DNA of 64,000 nt, from positions 45,260,001 through 45,324,000 of the forward strand of contig OX597819.1 of NCBI GenBank assembly GCA_951406725.2, given 5' to 3'. The notes below the pieces were generated by a model. The model saw nothing but the letters and a program-made list of their open reading frames with translations, was not told the DNA's origin and made no database searches. Position numbers and translations under genes: made by a program. The DNA is from Octopus vulgaris (taxonomy: Eukaryota). Every line of letters starts with the position of its first letter. Position 1 is the first letter of the stretch. Shown piece by piece: positions 1 through 14,210 of the stretch.

Positions 1-114
1 ACGAACACGTATGCATACGCGCACGCACGCACGTACGCACGCACACACCCACACATGCACGCACACATACAGACAGACAGACAGACAGACACAGACACAT
101 GCCTCCCGCCCCCA

Positions 115-265
115 GAAGCTTAGTGGTTAAAATGTTGTACCCATAATCGTAAGATTGTAGTTTCGATTCCTGGTCCAGGCAATGCGTTATGTTCTTGAGC
201 AAGACACGTCATTTCTCTTTGCTCTAATCCACCCAGCCGGCTGAATGAGCAATCCTGCGAGAATA
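115..265 (+). mobile_element. Degenerate tRNA-derived SINE (family D head with CORE-like block)
   Basis: A-box-like TAGTGGTTA, B-box-like GTTTCGATTCC and TTCTTGAGCAAGACAC block; similar to copies at 16180, 22012 and 53860. Confidence 0.6.
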
Positions 266-328
266 CGACGTCTGATCAATAAGTATCCGGAGTGTTGCCA
301 TAGTAACAAAGCTAAAACATGCAGAATG

Positions 329-1041
329 AAACCGCTTGGCAAAGATTGACCTTAAACTCTGCTATGCATGCGCAGTAAGTTTTAACGTTCTAGCTCACTT
401 CTGCTGTTTACAGCAGTGTTTGAAAGGAAGGTGTGTAGCGCGTGATCGTTGCTTTAACCACGACAGAGAAAGTTGTCATGGTGATACCTGCTCAGAAGCC
501 TACACAAAGTTACAGAAAGTGCGTGGAAGGGAGTGCATGAGCCGCACACAAGTGTACCAGTGATTCAGACGTTTCCAAGATGGTTGAAAAATGTCGATAT
601 TGACGAACGTTCTAGGAGACACGCAACCAGCAGAACTGAGAAAAACATCACAGATGTGCTTGCAGCGGAGGGAAAATGGTCGAATCACCGTCTGTAAATT
701 ATCAGAGGATATGTAGATTAGTTACGGTTCAATTCAGTCCATTATCACTGAAGATTTAAGTATGAGACGGGTGTCTGCCAAATTTATGCCCAAACTGCTT
801 TCAGCTGACCAAAAAGACACTCTCCTTGATTGTGTGAAAAACAATGATAACTTTTTGTAAACTTTTGCCAAAATTTAATGCAGATTCTCTGCTCAACTTT
901 CTCTGTCATGGTTAATGTGACGATCACACACTACACACATTCCACCCGAGCTCTGCTGTAAACAGCTGAAGTGAGCTAAAATGTCAAAAGTTAGTGCGCA
1001 TGCACAGCAGAGGTCAAGGTCAATCCGTGCCATGCGGCTTT
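329..1041 (+). mobile_element. Non-autonomous mariner derivative with long inverted arms and a decayed transposase N-terminus
   Basis: ~475-820 translates with stops/frameshifts to ...SEAYTKLQKV..MSRTQVYQ*FRRF..DERS..RITV..L...ISYGSIQSIITEDLSMRRVSAKFMPKLLSADQK (mariner HTH plus WVP-like linker). 329-475 and ~894-1041 are imperfect inverted repeats. Confidence 0.8.
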
Positions 1042-2450
1042 ACTTCGCGTACTTTAGAATTATGCATACACACACAAGCACAGACGCATTTATCAACCAA
1101 CCCAGTCACTCCTTTTTCACTGCTGAGTAACACAGTCTACACTGCATCTTCCGATCACTTTAGGATTTGTGTACTCGATTTCCAAATTTTGTCACAACAA
1201 TCAAATACATCATCAACATCAATCTTTGGTCGACTTTCTTTTATATTCTTTCGAGTCGATAAATTAAGTTTCAGTCAGTCAAGCACTGGGTTCGATATAA
1301 TCGATTACCCCCATCTCTAGAATTTAAGGCCCCCTGCTCATTGTAGAAAGGATCATTAGACAGAGGGCTGCCTAAAATATCTATTAGTAAAATAGTTAAT
1401 ATAAAAAAAAATTTGAAACGAAAGTAACATGTTGGCCTTAATTTGACCGCAAAACAATAATTTTGAGTATAGAAGGCCAGCCGATTGTATACTGTCCATA
1501 ACCAAGCTGCTATTATATCTTATAAAACAAGATATTTTGAATGCAATCTTAATTTCGATGTGATTTTAACTGATAAATTTTGCGAGGCAATTTTCTTCCG
1601 ATGCTTGAATTTAGGCAATCTAACGATGTAGATTAACATAGTGCGTTAGAAAGAAGTAGTTTGCCTAGATAATATCGATTCAATATTAAAAGAATGTGTT
1701 AAAAGTATAATTATAAATTGTGAGCCATTAGTATTAAAAATAACACTGGCCGAATTACATCTTATGAGTATCTTATTTAATACGATCGTTTAAAAAAAAT
1801 AAATGTTTTTTTTTTCAATTCGTTCGAGTCACATTATCTCCAACATATATTAGTTCGAGAATCAGTTGAGTGTTGGGTTTGCTTGATAAATCTATGCATG
1901 GTTGGGTGGGTTGTCGAAATTCTCTGTTGGAAAGGCGTTTGCCAACTAACTACTTAAGTGGTGGTTCTGGGAAGATCCGATTGAATTCGCTATCAAATTT
2001 CTAATTCAGAATCTGGAAGCCTTCGACGACCGCACTTATCAGTTCCAAACTTTGTGATTTAAAGATATTCCCCAAACTCGCATACTAATTTATCTGTTTC
2101 TTCGTCATGTCGTGCACAAATTCATTTTGTAAATATACAGTCTGCACGAATCTTGTAACAGAAGAATGCTAAATATCTCGTCTATTTGAAGAAAGCGTTC
2201 TCCAGATTGAAACCACAACCAGCTAATCCAAAATATTGATCTTTGTACCTTAATCACTGCCGAAACGGAAATAAAATCACCATACAATGACCATCGCAAA
2301 ACAATTATTATACTGTTCGTTGCAAGGGAGTTTCAAATCCAGTGTAAGTCATTTCAAGAAAACCTTTTTAAATTTAAGTGAATTGAAACTAATGTAACTA
2401 TTTTCATCTATACCCGCGGTAGTGTAGAAAAATAAATGTAAAGAAACACT

Positions 2451-3366
2451 GGCTTCAAATTTTGGCCCAATACCAGCAACTTCGGGACAGAGGGCAAGTC
2501 GACTACATCGACCTCAGAGATCAACTGGTACTTATGTTATCGACGGCGAAAGAAGGAAAGGTAAAATCGACCTTGGAGGAGTTTGAACTCAGAAGGTAAA
2601 GACAGATGAAACGCCGCTAAGCATTTTGTCCGGCGTACTAACGATTCTGTCAGCTCGCTGCCTTAGTTTACTTAATGTTAGCAGGAAATGTATAAAACAT
2701 CATTTTAAGAAGCATGCGTGAAAAATGTTTTAAGTACCTTTATTTTAATAATTCTTTCTACTAGAGACACAAAGCCTGAAATTTGAGGGAAGGGACTAGT
2801 CGATTATATCGACCCCTGTGTTTCAGTGACATTTGATTCATCAACCTCGAAAGAGGGAAAGGTAAAATCGGCTTGGGCGGAATTTTAACTCCGAACATAG
2901 AGACGGACGAGACGCCGCTAAGCATATCACCCGGCGTGCCAACAATTCTTATGTCTTTATTGCCCACAATGATCTAAACATAGAGGGGACAAACAAGGAC
3001 AGACAAAGGGATTAAGTCGATTACATTGACCCTAGTACGTAAGTGGTACTTAATTTATCGACCCTGAAAGGATGAAAGGCAAAATCGACCTCGGCGGAAT
3101 TTGAACTCAGAACGTAGCGGCAAACGAAATACCTATTTCTTTATTACCCACAAGGGGCTAAACATAGAGGGGACAAACAAGGACAGGCATAGGTATTAAG
3201 TCGATTACATCGACCCCAGTACGTAGCTGGTACTTAATTTATCGACCCCGAAAGGATGAAAGGCAATGTCGACCTCGGCGGAATTTGAATTCACAACGTA
3301 ACGGCAGATGAAATACCGCTAAGCATTTCGCCCGGCGTGCTAACGTTTCTGCCAGCTCGCCGCCTT
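2451..3366 (-). mobile_element. Cluster of four family-A tRNA-derived SINE copies/partials
   Basis: Minus-strand head GGCGGCGAGCTGGCAGAAACGTTAGC...GAGTTCAAATTCC and central GCCTTTCATCCTTTCGGGGTCGATAAATTAAGTACCAG; repeated more than 15 times in the window. Confidence 0.85.
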
Positions 3367-3868
3367 AGTTTACGTAATATTGATAGGAAATGTATATAGC
3401 GGTATTTTAAGAAGCATATATGAAAATGTATTAAGCATCCTTATTTTACTAACGATGAAAAAATAATCATCACTTTTCGTGGGTTTTAAGTTCTCGTTGC
3501 ATCATAGTATGTCTTTATGTGGTAATGCACATATACACTTAAAGGTAGTCGTTTATACAAATGTTAAATAGAAATGTGTCGCTTCATCTGATTGCGTTAT
3601 GTGTTGCTTTACATTTTCAACTGATTCTAAAACAAGAATGTAGCTGAGATTTGTCGGATGCGAATGGATATCATGATTCTTTTGAATAACATCGAAACAA
3701 GCCTCAATCTTAGCTTTGCACTTGAAGTGTGTCTCACATCTTCAACAAATACAGTTTTCTGGTTATCTGTTGAAAACGTGAGTATTACCTTTAAACAAAG
3801 AGTTGTTTTTACTATGTTTGTTACTATTTAAAAAGTGCATTTAGAGGTGTAAAATTTGGTGAATATTA

Positions 3869-4254
3869 TCTCTCTCTATATAAACGGCAGTTTGTCTGTG
3901 CGTGTTTCTGTGTGTCTGTTTGCTTGTACCCTCACCCTGACCACGGCTTTCAACCGATTCTGATGAAACTTGACACACATATAGCCCAATGTCATAATTC
4001 AAAACTATCGCAGCGAAAATGTTGAAAAGTTCCCCCAGTTCTGAAAAAAATCGATAAATTCGACATGGTGTCGAGAATCCGAAACACGAACCACAAACTG
4101 TCTAGGGGACGCAACTCCACCTTTTTTAAATCTCAAAAAAAAAATTTACCATCATGTTTTTCCATTTTTTGGCTATTTTTTGGCTATAACTCTCTAAAAA
4201 TGCTTTATAGTTATTTCCCTTACAAACCTGAGCAACGCCGGGCGATACTGCTAG
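3869..4254 (+). mobile_element. Non-autonomous Helitron
   Basis: Starts A|TC, ends CTAG|T with GC-rich hairpin-type sequence (CCTGAGCAACGCCGGG) just upstream; no TSD or TIR. Confidence 0.75.
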
Positions 4255-4763
4255 TGCTTAAATATATTTCTCAGTTTAAGCAAAAATCGAAGAAAATGTC
4301 ACACTATGGTAATCGTTTGAAAATATCATATACCTTCAATAAGAGAGGTCTAACGTTTCGAGCGCATGTATTACTTCAGAGACAGAGAAAGAAGACAGAG
4401 AGAGGGAGAGCATGGTAGAGTGAGTGAGTGAGTGGGAAAGAGAGCGCGATAGAGATAGGTGGGAGTGAGAGAAATATAGAAAATAGTCACTTGGGAGGAA
4501 CGAAAGAAAAATTAGAAAATGAAAGAATTGGAGGATTCCGAATGTGGAAATGGAACAAATAAATCATTTTACTGAGTTCGTTTTTTACAGTTTTACATTT
4601 GGGATTAACAGATTGTATGCAATGTATTGACAATACATGCTACTCAGTGACTTAGGAGGACTTTGCGACTCCACTGTTTTGACATGATTGTATTTTTATC
4701 AGTCAAAGTTACCCTAGGATATCTGAAACTAAAGAAGAATCGTCGTTCTTGTTTAAAGAATTC

Positions 4764-5183
4764 GGATCTTTTCGGTTTGAACGGCAGTTTTTTCTAGCGG
4801 CGTCATATGAAATTGTCAGCCATAATTATGACCCTAGTATCGATCTATTGCATTTCAATCTGTTTTAGGGTTAGGGTTAGGGTTAGGGGTGGAGGAAGGG
4901 TATCTTTTTTTCTTCAGAAATGTAAATAAACGCAATCTGTTTCTTAAACGAGGGACATACTCATACGACACAGAATGTTTTCACCCAATAGACGTCATTG
5001 ATTGGTTGACACTGCAGAAATTGAAGAAAAAAATAACAAATATCTTACAAAATATAGACTTTTCTCAATAAAGCCAAGAGAAAAAAATGTTTTATAGACA
5101 CATTCTACCAGTATACGAAGTTTAAAAGTGTTTAGTTACGTGGAAATTATTTTTAAAAACTGCCGTTCAAACCGCAAAGATCC
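4764..5183. mobile_element. MITE with ~29-bp TIRs, 8-bp TSD and internal (TTAGGG)4
   Basis: TIR GGATCTTTTCGGTTTGAACGGCAGTTTTT / AAAAACTGCCGTTCAAACCGCAAAGATCC; AAGAATTC duplicated at 4756-4763 and 5184-5191. Confidence 0.9.
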
Positions 5184-5667
5184 AAGAATTCAACAAACAA
5201 ATTGTTTTCTGACGAGTACTGTTGCATGACATGTTGATCTTAAACTATTATGATCGAGTAAATAAAGTAAAATTCATAGCTCGAATAATCTGACAATATT
5301 TGGGATTTCGTGTATTTTCCATTTAGTATACGTTTACAGATCGGAATTATTTTTTGAAACAACTTATATAATACAATTAACTTCCCGAAAATCAGGGCAA
5401 TTTCATTTGCAAAAAAATAGTAATTTTATCCTTTGTACTGAGTTTTGTTTCCTCAGGTCAATTGCTTCATTAGTTTTCCAAATACATCCTTTCGAAAGAA
5501 ACAAAATATCCTGTATATGTTACGATAGGAAAATAATATTGAATAAACGTTGTGTAGAAGAAATATATGTATCGCTGCTACTTATAACTTCTCTTAAGTA
5601 CAACATCTTTATATATATATATTTTTTTTTCGGTACACAATCTTAGATTGATCACCTCGAAATTTTA

Positions 5668-5763
<96 letters not shown>

Positions 5764-6408
5764 GTATATATATATATGTATGTATACTACTTTATTCAGA
5801 AAGAGACAAGCATTTTTTCGCAATAATATGTGTGTCTGTGCTTGTGCGTGCGTGCGTGTGTGTGTGTGTGTATCTGTGTGTGTGTGTGTGTGTGTGTGTG
5901 TATCTGTGGGTGTGTGTGTGTGTGTAATTGTGGAAAAAATGCCTTTCCCCTTCTGCAGAGAAATTTGCCAATTTCTAAGGTTCGATTAACAAAAACATCA
6001 AAGTTAAGAAAAAATGTATGCGTTACGTCGTTGAAGGGGAAAGCTTCAGGATAACGAAAAGTGATTTTAGTAGAATAAGTAAGAGAGAGGGAACGAATGA
6101 AAAGTAAAACAATTTGAGAAGAGAGAATGATAAAAAAAAACGATAGACATGATAATTTACTGAAGATTATTTAACATTTCGCACATATAAGTCACGGGCG
6201 GTGCTCCAGCATGGCGCACCCTAAGGGGCGAATCGTACAAACGAATGAAAGTATATATATATGTATATATATATATAAGAAAATAGTAGAGTGAAAAAAC
6301 GACAGAAGGCTTAAATGTTAAAAAATATATATATTTGTGTCAAAATGTCTGGAGAATATTGGAAAAATTTTTTCCTTTCCTTAAAATGACATAATTTTAT
6401 AATTTTTA

Positions 6409-6447
6409 AAGAAATACCGGTTTCGCGTGTAGCTTTTCAAATTTCTT
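6409..6447 (-). ncRNA. Mirror copy of the PLE 3' UTR hammerhead-like motif
   Basis: Exact reverse complement of 8045-8083. Confidence 0.6.
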
Positions 6448-6581
6448 GTGACGTTATGTTTATATTGCATGGAGTTATCGTTGTGTTTATTTTCAGGAGA
6501 TTTCTAAATAAGGGGAGGTAGTGAGTGATTTCTTCCGGTGTAAGGGAGATAATCGCTTAAAAATTTTTTTCCTTTCCCTTG

Positions 6582-7007
6582 TTAATTTCTCTGTGTCAGT
6601 ATGTTCGGATGGTTGAGTCTGGGTTTGTACTTTTCAATGAAGAATGTTTCCTTGTTCAGTCTCATTTGTGTTGATGATCCGAAAGCACATTGGTAAAATG
6701 GGAAGATTAAAAATTGTGGCAGTAGTTGCTTTGCGCATTTCTCAATGTGCTCACTAAAAGGTATCATTCTATATTCTGGGAATGCAATCTGTTGTCGATG
6801 CAGTGTGCATCTACGCCTGAGTGATAGTCCCGTGGAACCCACGTAGTCTTGGTGGCAGCCCGAGCATTTAATGACATAAATTATGTTTTCAGAGGCACAA
6901 GTAAAGTTAGATTTGATCTTGAATTTTTGTCCCTCTTTAAAGAGGAATTCTGATCCTTCTAGCAGGTTAGGGCATGTTGCACAGTTCGATCTACCACATT
7001 TTTTTAC
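6582..7007 (-). pseudogene. Inverted copy of the PLE Zn-linker plus GIY-YIG domain
   Basis: KKCGRSNCATCPNL...IYVIKC..YVG...LN; same protein as the plus copy except for 6 extra aa. Confidence 0.9.
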
Positions 7008-7029
7008 AACCTTCTTGCAAGGTTGAAGG

Positions 7030-7911
7030 TACAAAGCCACAGACGCCAAACAATACCTTCTTTTTAATTCATGCCACCCAAGACACACTAAAACAAACAT
7101 CCCCTTCAACCTTGCAAGAAGGATATGCACAATAGTGTCAGAACAAAATACCAGGAACTTTAGACTGCAAGAACTCAAAAACACCCTAATTGACAGACAT
7201 TACCCAGCTCAACTCATAGAGGATGGGATCAGACGTGCAACAGAAATCAACATAGAAACTTTAAGAAAAGTTCAACACAACAACACACCTTCCCCGAAAA
7301 TACTACCTTACATATCTACATACAACCCCAGAAACAAAGAAGCCTTCACCATCATCACCCAGAATTTACCAATACTTCATAAAAACCCAAAATTAAAGGA
7401 AATTCTAAACATACACCAAATCATTAAAAGCTACAAACAGCCTAAATCACTTAAAAAGATTCTCACAAAGGCAAAATTGTCTTCTGAAATTACGGATGCA
7501 AAAGTAAAAAAATGTGGTAGATCGAACCTGCTAGAAGGATCAGAATTCCTCTTTAAAGAGGGACAAAAATTCAAGATCAAATCTAACTTTACTTGTGCCT
7601 CTGAAAACATAATTTATGTCATTAAATGCTCGGGCTGCCACCAAGACTACGTGGGTTCCACGGGACTATCACTCAGGCGTAGATGCACACTGCATCGACA
7701 ACAGATTGCATTCCCAGAATATAGAATGATACCTTTTAGTGAGCACATTGAGAAATGCGCAAAGCAACTACTGCCACAATTTTTAATCTTCCCATTTTAC
7801 CAATGTGCTTTCGGATCATCAACACAAATGAGACTGAACAAGGAAACATTCTTCATTGAAAAGTACAAACCCAGACTCAACCATCCGAACATACTGACAC
7901 AGAGAAATTAA
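7030..7911 (+). pseudogene. PLE ORF C-terminal part: RT thumb, linker and GIY-YIG endonuclease (truncated)
   Basis: YKATDAKQYLLFNSCHPRHTKTNIPFNLARRICTIVS (PLE thumb) ... NIIYVIKCSGCHQDYVGSTG..RRRCTLH...ETFFIEKYKPRLN (GIY-YIG). Confidence 0.9.
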
Positions 7912-8044
7912 CAAGGGAAAGGAAAAAATTTTTAAGCGATTATCTCCCTTACACCGGAAGAAATCACTCACTACCTCCCCTTATTTAGAAATCTCCTGAA
8001 AATAAACACAACGATAACTCCATGCAATATAAACATAACGTCAC

Positions 8045-8083
8045 AAGAAATTTGAAAAGCTACACGCGAAACCGGTATTTCTT
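8045..8083 (+). ncRNA. Minimal type I hammerhead-like motif (U3-A8 variant) in PLE 3' UTR
   Basis: AAGAAA T TTGAAAA GC-TACAC-GC GAAA CCGG TA TTTCTT. Confidence 0.6.
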
Positions 8084-8257
8084 TAAAAATTATAAAATTA
8101 TGTCATTTTAAGGAAAGGAAAAAAATTTTTCCAATATTCTCCAGACATTTTGACACAAATATATATATTTTTTAACATTTAAGCCTTCTGTCGTTTTTTC
8201 ACTCTTTACTATTTTCTTATATATTGACCCACGTGCTTTACCAAACAAACTTTCTTA

Positions 8258-8311
<54 letters not shown>

Positions 8312-8313
<2 letters not shown>

Positions 8314-8705
8314 CGTAGGAGTAGCTGTGTGGTAAGTAGCTTGCTTACCAACCACATGCTTCCGGGTTCATTCCCACTGCGTGGCACCTTGGACAAGTGT
8401 CTTCTACTATAGCCTCGGGCCGATTGTGAATGGATTTGGTAGACGGAAACGAAAGAAGCCCGTCGTATATATGTGTAAATATGTGTGTATATATGTTTGT
8501 GTATCTGTGTTTGTTCCCCCAACATCGCTTGACAACCGATGCTGGTATGTTACGTCCCCGTAACCTAGCGGTTCGGCAAGTACTTACAGTAAGTACTAGG
8601 CTTACAAAGAAGTAGTCCTGCAGCCGATTTGCTCGACTAAAGGCGGTGCTCCAGCATGGCCACAGTCAAATGACTGAAACAAGTAAAAGTGTAAAGAGTG
8701 AAGAG
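8312..8705 (+). mobile_element. Family-B tRNA/CORE-like SINE with internal microsatellite
   Basis: GGCGTAGGAGTAGCTGTGTGGTAAG...GGGTTCA...CCTTGGACAAGT...GGCGGTGCTCCAGCATGGCC...TGACTGAAACAAGTAAAAG. Confidence 0.85.
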
Positions 8706-8818
8706 TTTATAATGGTGCCAAATAGCACCTATTTTTATATCTTTTTGTATGCTACTATATATATATATATTGAGAGAAAGAGAGAGAGAGAATTGAGAGA
8801 CAGCCAGCCAGATAGATG

Positions 8819-8882
<64 letters not shown>

Positions 8883-8914
8883 TATACGCGTATGTATGCA
8901 TGTATATGTATATA

Positions 8915-8946
<32 letters not shown>

Positions 8947-9712
8947 CTCAGACATATGATCGTATGAGCTAGCAGATGTTTGGAAGTATACATATGTAGA
9001 AACATTGTCAATGTGTATATTATATATATATATATATACACAGACACACATATATGTATACACACACAGACACACTTATATGTATACACACACATGTATA
9101 TTCAGTCAGGTTTTTAATGCTACCTACGTTATTTGAACAATCAATTAGGGTGCAGAGCGGGAAATTCTGCTCAGATTTAATTGTCTCTGTACACAGGCGG
9201 GTATTAGGGTATTAGTCTAAAATATTCCTACAATATGTAGGAACTGAATTAAAGTATCTTCTAATTTCATTACATTCCACTAACAGATGTTCTCAGTATA
9301 TCGTAAAGACTAACAGGACAGTAGGATAGTATGCTGTAATCTTTCTAAAACTCAACAGAATTTCAGTTAGTTCTGTCCAAATGAGATAACTCATATATCG
9401 GAGAAAAACAGTATTCATGGATCATGCTTTAGTAATCAGTAATGCTTAAAGTTGACATCCAAACTCAAGTTAACTAACATGGCACGGTGATATAATTAAT
9501 ATTCTGTACCATATCAGTTATATAACGTTATCTGTCATTTAATTTAGCGTTCTATAGTTTAGTAGTCAGCCGCTTGTGTATTATGATTAGTCATTTATAG
9601 AAAGATATGTGGTATCAAGTCTTGATACGTATCTATGAGCAATCCAACAAGCTTTGTTGTTGAAGTAGTGAATTAAAGTGATACTAAAAACGTTTGTATG
9701 ACTACAATATGT

Positions 9713-9767
<55 letters not shown>

Positions 9768-9846
9768 CACATCCATCTCTGTAGCCATATTGTTACCTAT
9801 CTAGTTATCCGTATATTGATCTTGTTTTCTTTCTTTCTCCATACAC

Positions 9847-10580
<734 letters not shown>

Positions 10581-10899
10581 TAAAACAGAGAGTTACTTGC
10601 AAACAAATGTGTTAACATGTGACATTATTGACCGAGGTTACCATGGTCTTTTCCGTAGGCTTTTTTTTTCCACGGATAGACCTTATCTGTTTCCCCCTTT
10701 ACACTTTACATCATGACATTTCATGATACACGATCCCTATTGAGCGTTTTTGTTCCTTCTTTTTTTGTTTACGATCTCTTTTAATCGAAAACCTACTCCC
10801 CTTTTTTTTCTTTCTCCCCCAAAAGAAAAGCTCTACTTTGTAATTTGCCTCCTCTGTGTTCAGCCCTGTGTGGTTAATAAAGAAACATATCTATCTATC

Positions 10900-10970
<71 letters not shown>

Positions 10971-11494
10971 ATCAGTCCATCCATCCATCCATCTATCCAT
11001 CCAGCCAGCCAGCCAGCCAGCCATCCAACCAGCCAGCCAACCACCCATCTAGCAATTTCCCAGCTTCTGTTACTTTTGCTTTAAATACCTACTTGTCTTT
11101 GTCACTTATCTGTCAATGCGGGTAAAGATTAAAATACTAAGCAATAACAAAACACATACTAAGTGTTCTGATACCTTTTGATACGTTCTGAAAACTTTGT
11201 ATGTCTCTTCCTTTCTTTGACAACAGTTACTTATACTATTTAAAATCATATTTAACTGTTAATGACCATTATCTACAAATTTGCGATATGCATAGATATC
11301 GTCTGTTTGATATCAAAGTAGTAAATTTCAATTCATAGCTTTACAATCATTGTAAATGTAAAACCAGCGAGAGAGCCTTCTGAGCGTATACTCAAACCTT
11401 TTATTAACAAGTAAAAGCCAGACTCGGAGGTGGGATACTTTACAGATCTGATTCATGTACTAGAAAAAGCAACCAATCTTTCTCCAATCACTAC

Positions 11495-11680
11495 AGGTGA
11501 CCGGTAATAAAGTCACAGGAAAAAATGTCACGGTAATAAAGTCACAATTTTAGCTAGGAAAAAAAAGTCACAGGAAAAAGTCACAATTAATTTATGGTGG
11601 CCAGTAATAAGGTCACAGGAAAATGTCACAATTAATTTATGGGATCCGGACAAAACCTCTGTGACTTTTTTACCTGGATT
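11495..11680. repeat. AAAGTCAC sub-repeat cluster (foldback/Mutator-like transposon end relic)
   Basis: About seven (A)AA(G/TG/GG)TCAC units followed by an inverted GTGACTTTTT. Confidence 0.5.
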
Positions 11681-12311
11681 TTCTATACATAACATGTTTA
11701 CAAATCAAAAGATAACATTAAGTAATGCAGTCCCATATACACTGTGTATCGGAAAAGGAACGGGATGGTCACAACTGAGCGCTTTTGATAAATATCTGAT
11801 CACGGCTGTCCTGTTACATAGAACGGTTGCTTTCATAACAGAACTCCAGCTGCTTACATCAAATATATGGAATTTTCCAGCACATAGTCAAAATATTGTT
11901 AATCTCTTAAAATTTGTTGGTGACGTTGTTGCTTTAAAATTACAGGCGAGCTTAGATAGACAAACTTAGCATTGAAAAATGTCCCAGATGTGATTATCCA
12001 ATCTGTTTTGTTTTGTTTTGTTTTGTTTTGTTTTTGTTTTTCATATCTACGATTACATTTGTTGGGTGTCCGCTTTAGAAATCATGTTGGTCGTCGTGGT
12101 GATGAAAACAGCGATAGCAGTGTTGGCGATAGCAATGATGGTTTTGATGTTATTTTGTGTTGGTGGCGATAGTGATGATATATTAATAGTGACAGCAGTG
12201 GTGATAGTGGGGATGGTGGGTAATGATAATCGTGATGGGGTGGTGACGGTTTCTGGGATCATAATAATGTTAGTGATGATGTTGATTGTCATTGTGATAA
12301 TGATGAAGCAG

Positions 12312-12450
12312 TGCTGGTGGTGGTGGTGGTGGTGGTGGTGGTGGTACTGGTGGTGGTGGTGTTGGTGGTGGTGGTGGTGGTGGTGGTGGTGGTGGTGGTT
12401 GTGGTGGTTGTGGTGGTGGTTGTGGTGGTGGTGGTACTGGTGGTGGTGGG
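12312..12450. repeat. (TGG)n microsatellite
   Basis: Directly visible. Confidence 0.95.
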
Positions 12451-13126
12451 GTGGGGTTATCACAGTTGTAATATTGGATGCGATTATGCCGATAGAGACT
12501 GGTGGTAAGTATGATGTTACTGATGGCGGTCGTGAAGATGTTGACGTCCGGGATAATAATGACGATACAATAGGATATTTATGGTAATACTAGTGGTAGT
12601 ATTTGTGATAATGCTATCACCACGACTCTCAGTTCGATGAGGATATTATCTATAACAATATCACCAACGGGTAGTGAGGCTGTTGTTATATGGTCATAAA
12701 GATTATATTGATATGGGTGATGATGTCCATGTTACAACGACAATGATGGCGATAATAAGAATAATGTTTGGCTATGAACCTAGATAAGACAATGTTCTAT
12801 GAAAGGAGGCGCTTCGTACCACGGTATGAGTTTTGTGGATTGTCAATGCATTCCACAAATTCGCCCGTCAATTTAATAGTGATTTCTTACAAGCAACAAT
12901 ACCCAGAAGCCAGTGACTCTGCCGTTATCTGTCAAGTATATAGGCAACGGATTAAATGCAGTACCGGAATGAAGATATGAAACACCAAGTGAGACTTATT
13001 TTTCAATAGTGATAAAGTAGAAAGACTTTAATGTGGTCTTTCGATTTTCAAGAAAAACCAGTCAATATCTCCCTCAAAATATAGCGAACTTTCTTAAATA
13101 TAGAGGAAGAAACTGGACAATGTAGT

Positions 13127-13165
<39 letters not shown>

Positions 13166-13332
13166 GCCTGACCAGATGGTCATACCTGGAATCTTTTTGA
13201 TCATATCTCTGTTAAAAAAGAGTTGACATGGTGTTAAGCAACAAAATCATGATCCATAGTTACTTGTGTTTTCTCTTTTACATATCGTGCTGCTATTAGA
13301 AATATTTCACTTACTGTGTGTTCCACTCACTT

Positions 13333-13763
13333 ACTCTTTTACTCTCTTTTACTCTTTTACTTGTTTCAGTCATTTGACTGCGGCCATGCTGGAGCACTGT
13401 CTTTAGTCGGTCAAATCGACCCCAGGACTTATTCTTTGTAAGCCTAGTACTTATTCTATCGGTCTATTTTGCCGAACCGCTAAGTTACCGCTAAGTTACG
13501 TAAATATTCCAGCATAGGTTGTCAAGTGATATTAGGGGGACAAACACAGATACACAATCGTATATATACACATGCATATATATATATTTATATACATATA
13601 TACGACGGGTTTATTTCAGTTTCCGTCTACCAATTCCACTCACAAGGCTTTGGTCAGCCCGAGGCTATAGTAGAAGACACTTGCCCCAAGGTGTCACGCA
13701 GTGAGACTGAACCCGGACCATGTGGTTCGTAAGTAAGCTACTTACCACACAGCCACTCCTACG
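13333..13763 (-). mobile_element. Family-B SINE
   Basis: Reverse complement of the 8312/54974 copies. Confidence 0.85.
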
Positions 13764-14210
13764 ACAAATATATTTTTATATTAAAGGATCTACAACTGAA
13801 CATTTGCCCCAATTCTTCTCATTCATTAGTAACCCATTGTCACTAGTTAACAATTCCCATCGATTTTTAGAAGGTTTTATTGTTTCCAGAGTATTATAGG
13901 CTTGTTGATCCAGCGCATCCCCATTGAGGATTATCATGTAACCTCTGAATTAGGATTGGATTTTGGTCATTACCCCTTTAGTATTCGAAGCCAAATATCA
14001 AGCTCAAATATTCTACCTGTTTTGTGTTCAAACTGACCAGATCAATCTTCTCACACCTGCCCTACAATGTCATTCTAAATGTGAAAAATGACATCCTTGA
14101 AATTTGAAAGCTATGGGATAATGTATGATTAATCCAAAACAATCTGAATGAATAAGCATTACATGTGATGGAAAAATCTGAATGCTAAAGGATTAAAGCT
14201 TATCAGTATG

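Larger units (their letters stand above)
6271..8256. mobile_element. 5'-truncated Penelope-like retroelement with inverted 3' arm (Neptune-like)
   Basis: 6271-7007 is the near-perfect reverse complement of 7504-8224; C-terminal GIY-YIG endonuclease; flanked by (TA)n and (TC)n. Confidence 0.92.

Noticed and set aside
1830-2330. Coding-like minus-strand stretch (..FNRIFPEPPLK)
   Set aside because: Multiple stops and no family assignable by eye
4865-4888. TTAGGG repeats as a telomere or fusion site
   Set aside because: Only four units, internal to a TIR element
6582-7184. 200-aa minus-strand ORF as an independent gene
   Set aside because: Its N-terminus is antisense PLE sequence read across the inversion junction; only the GIY-YIG part is genuine
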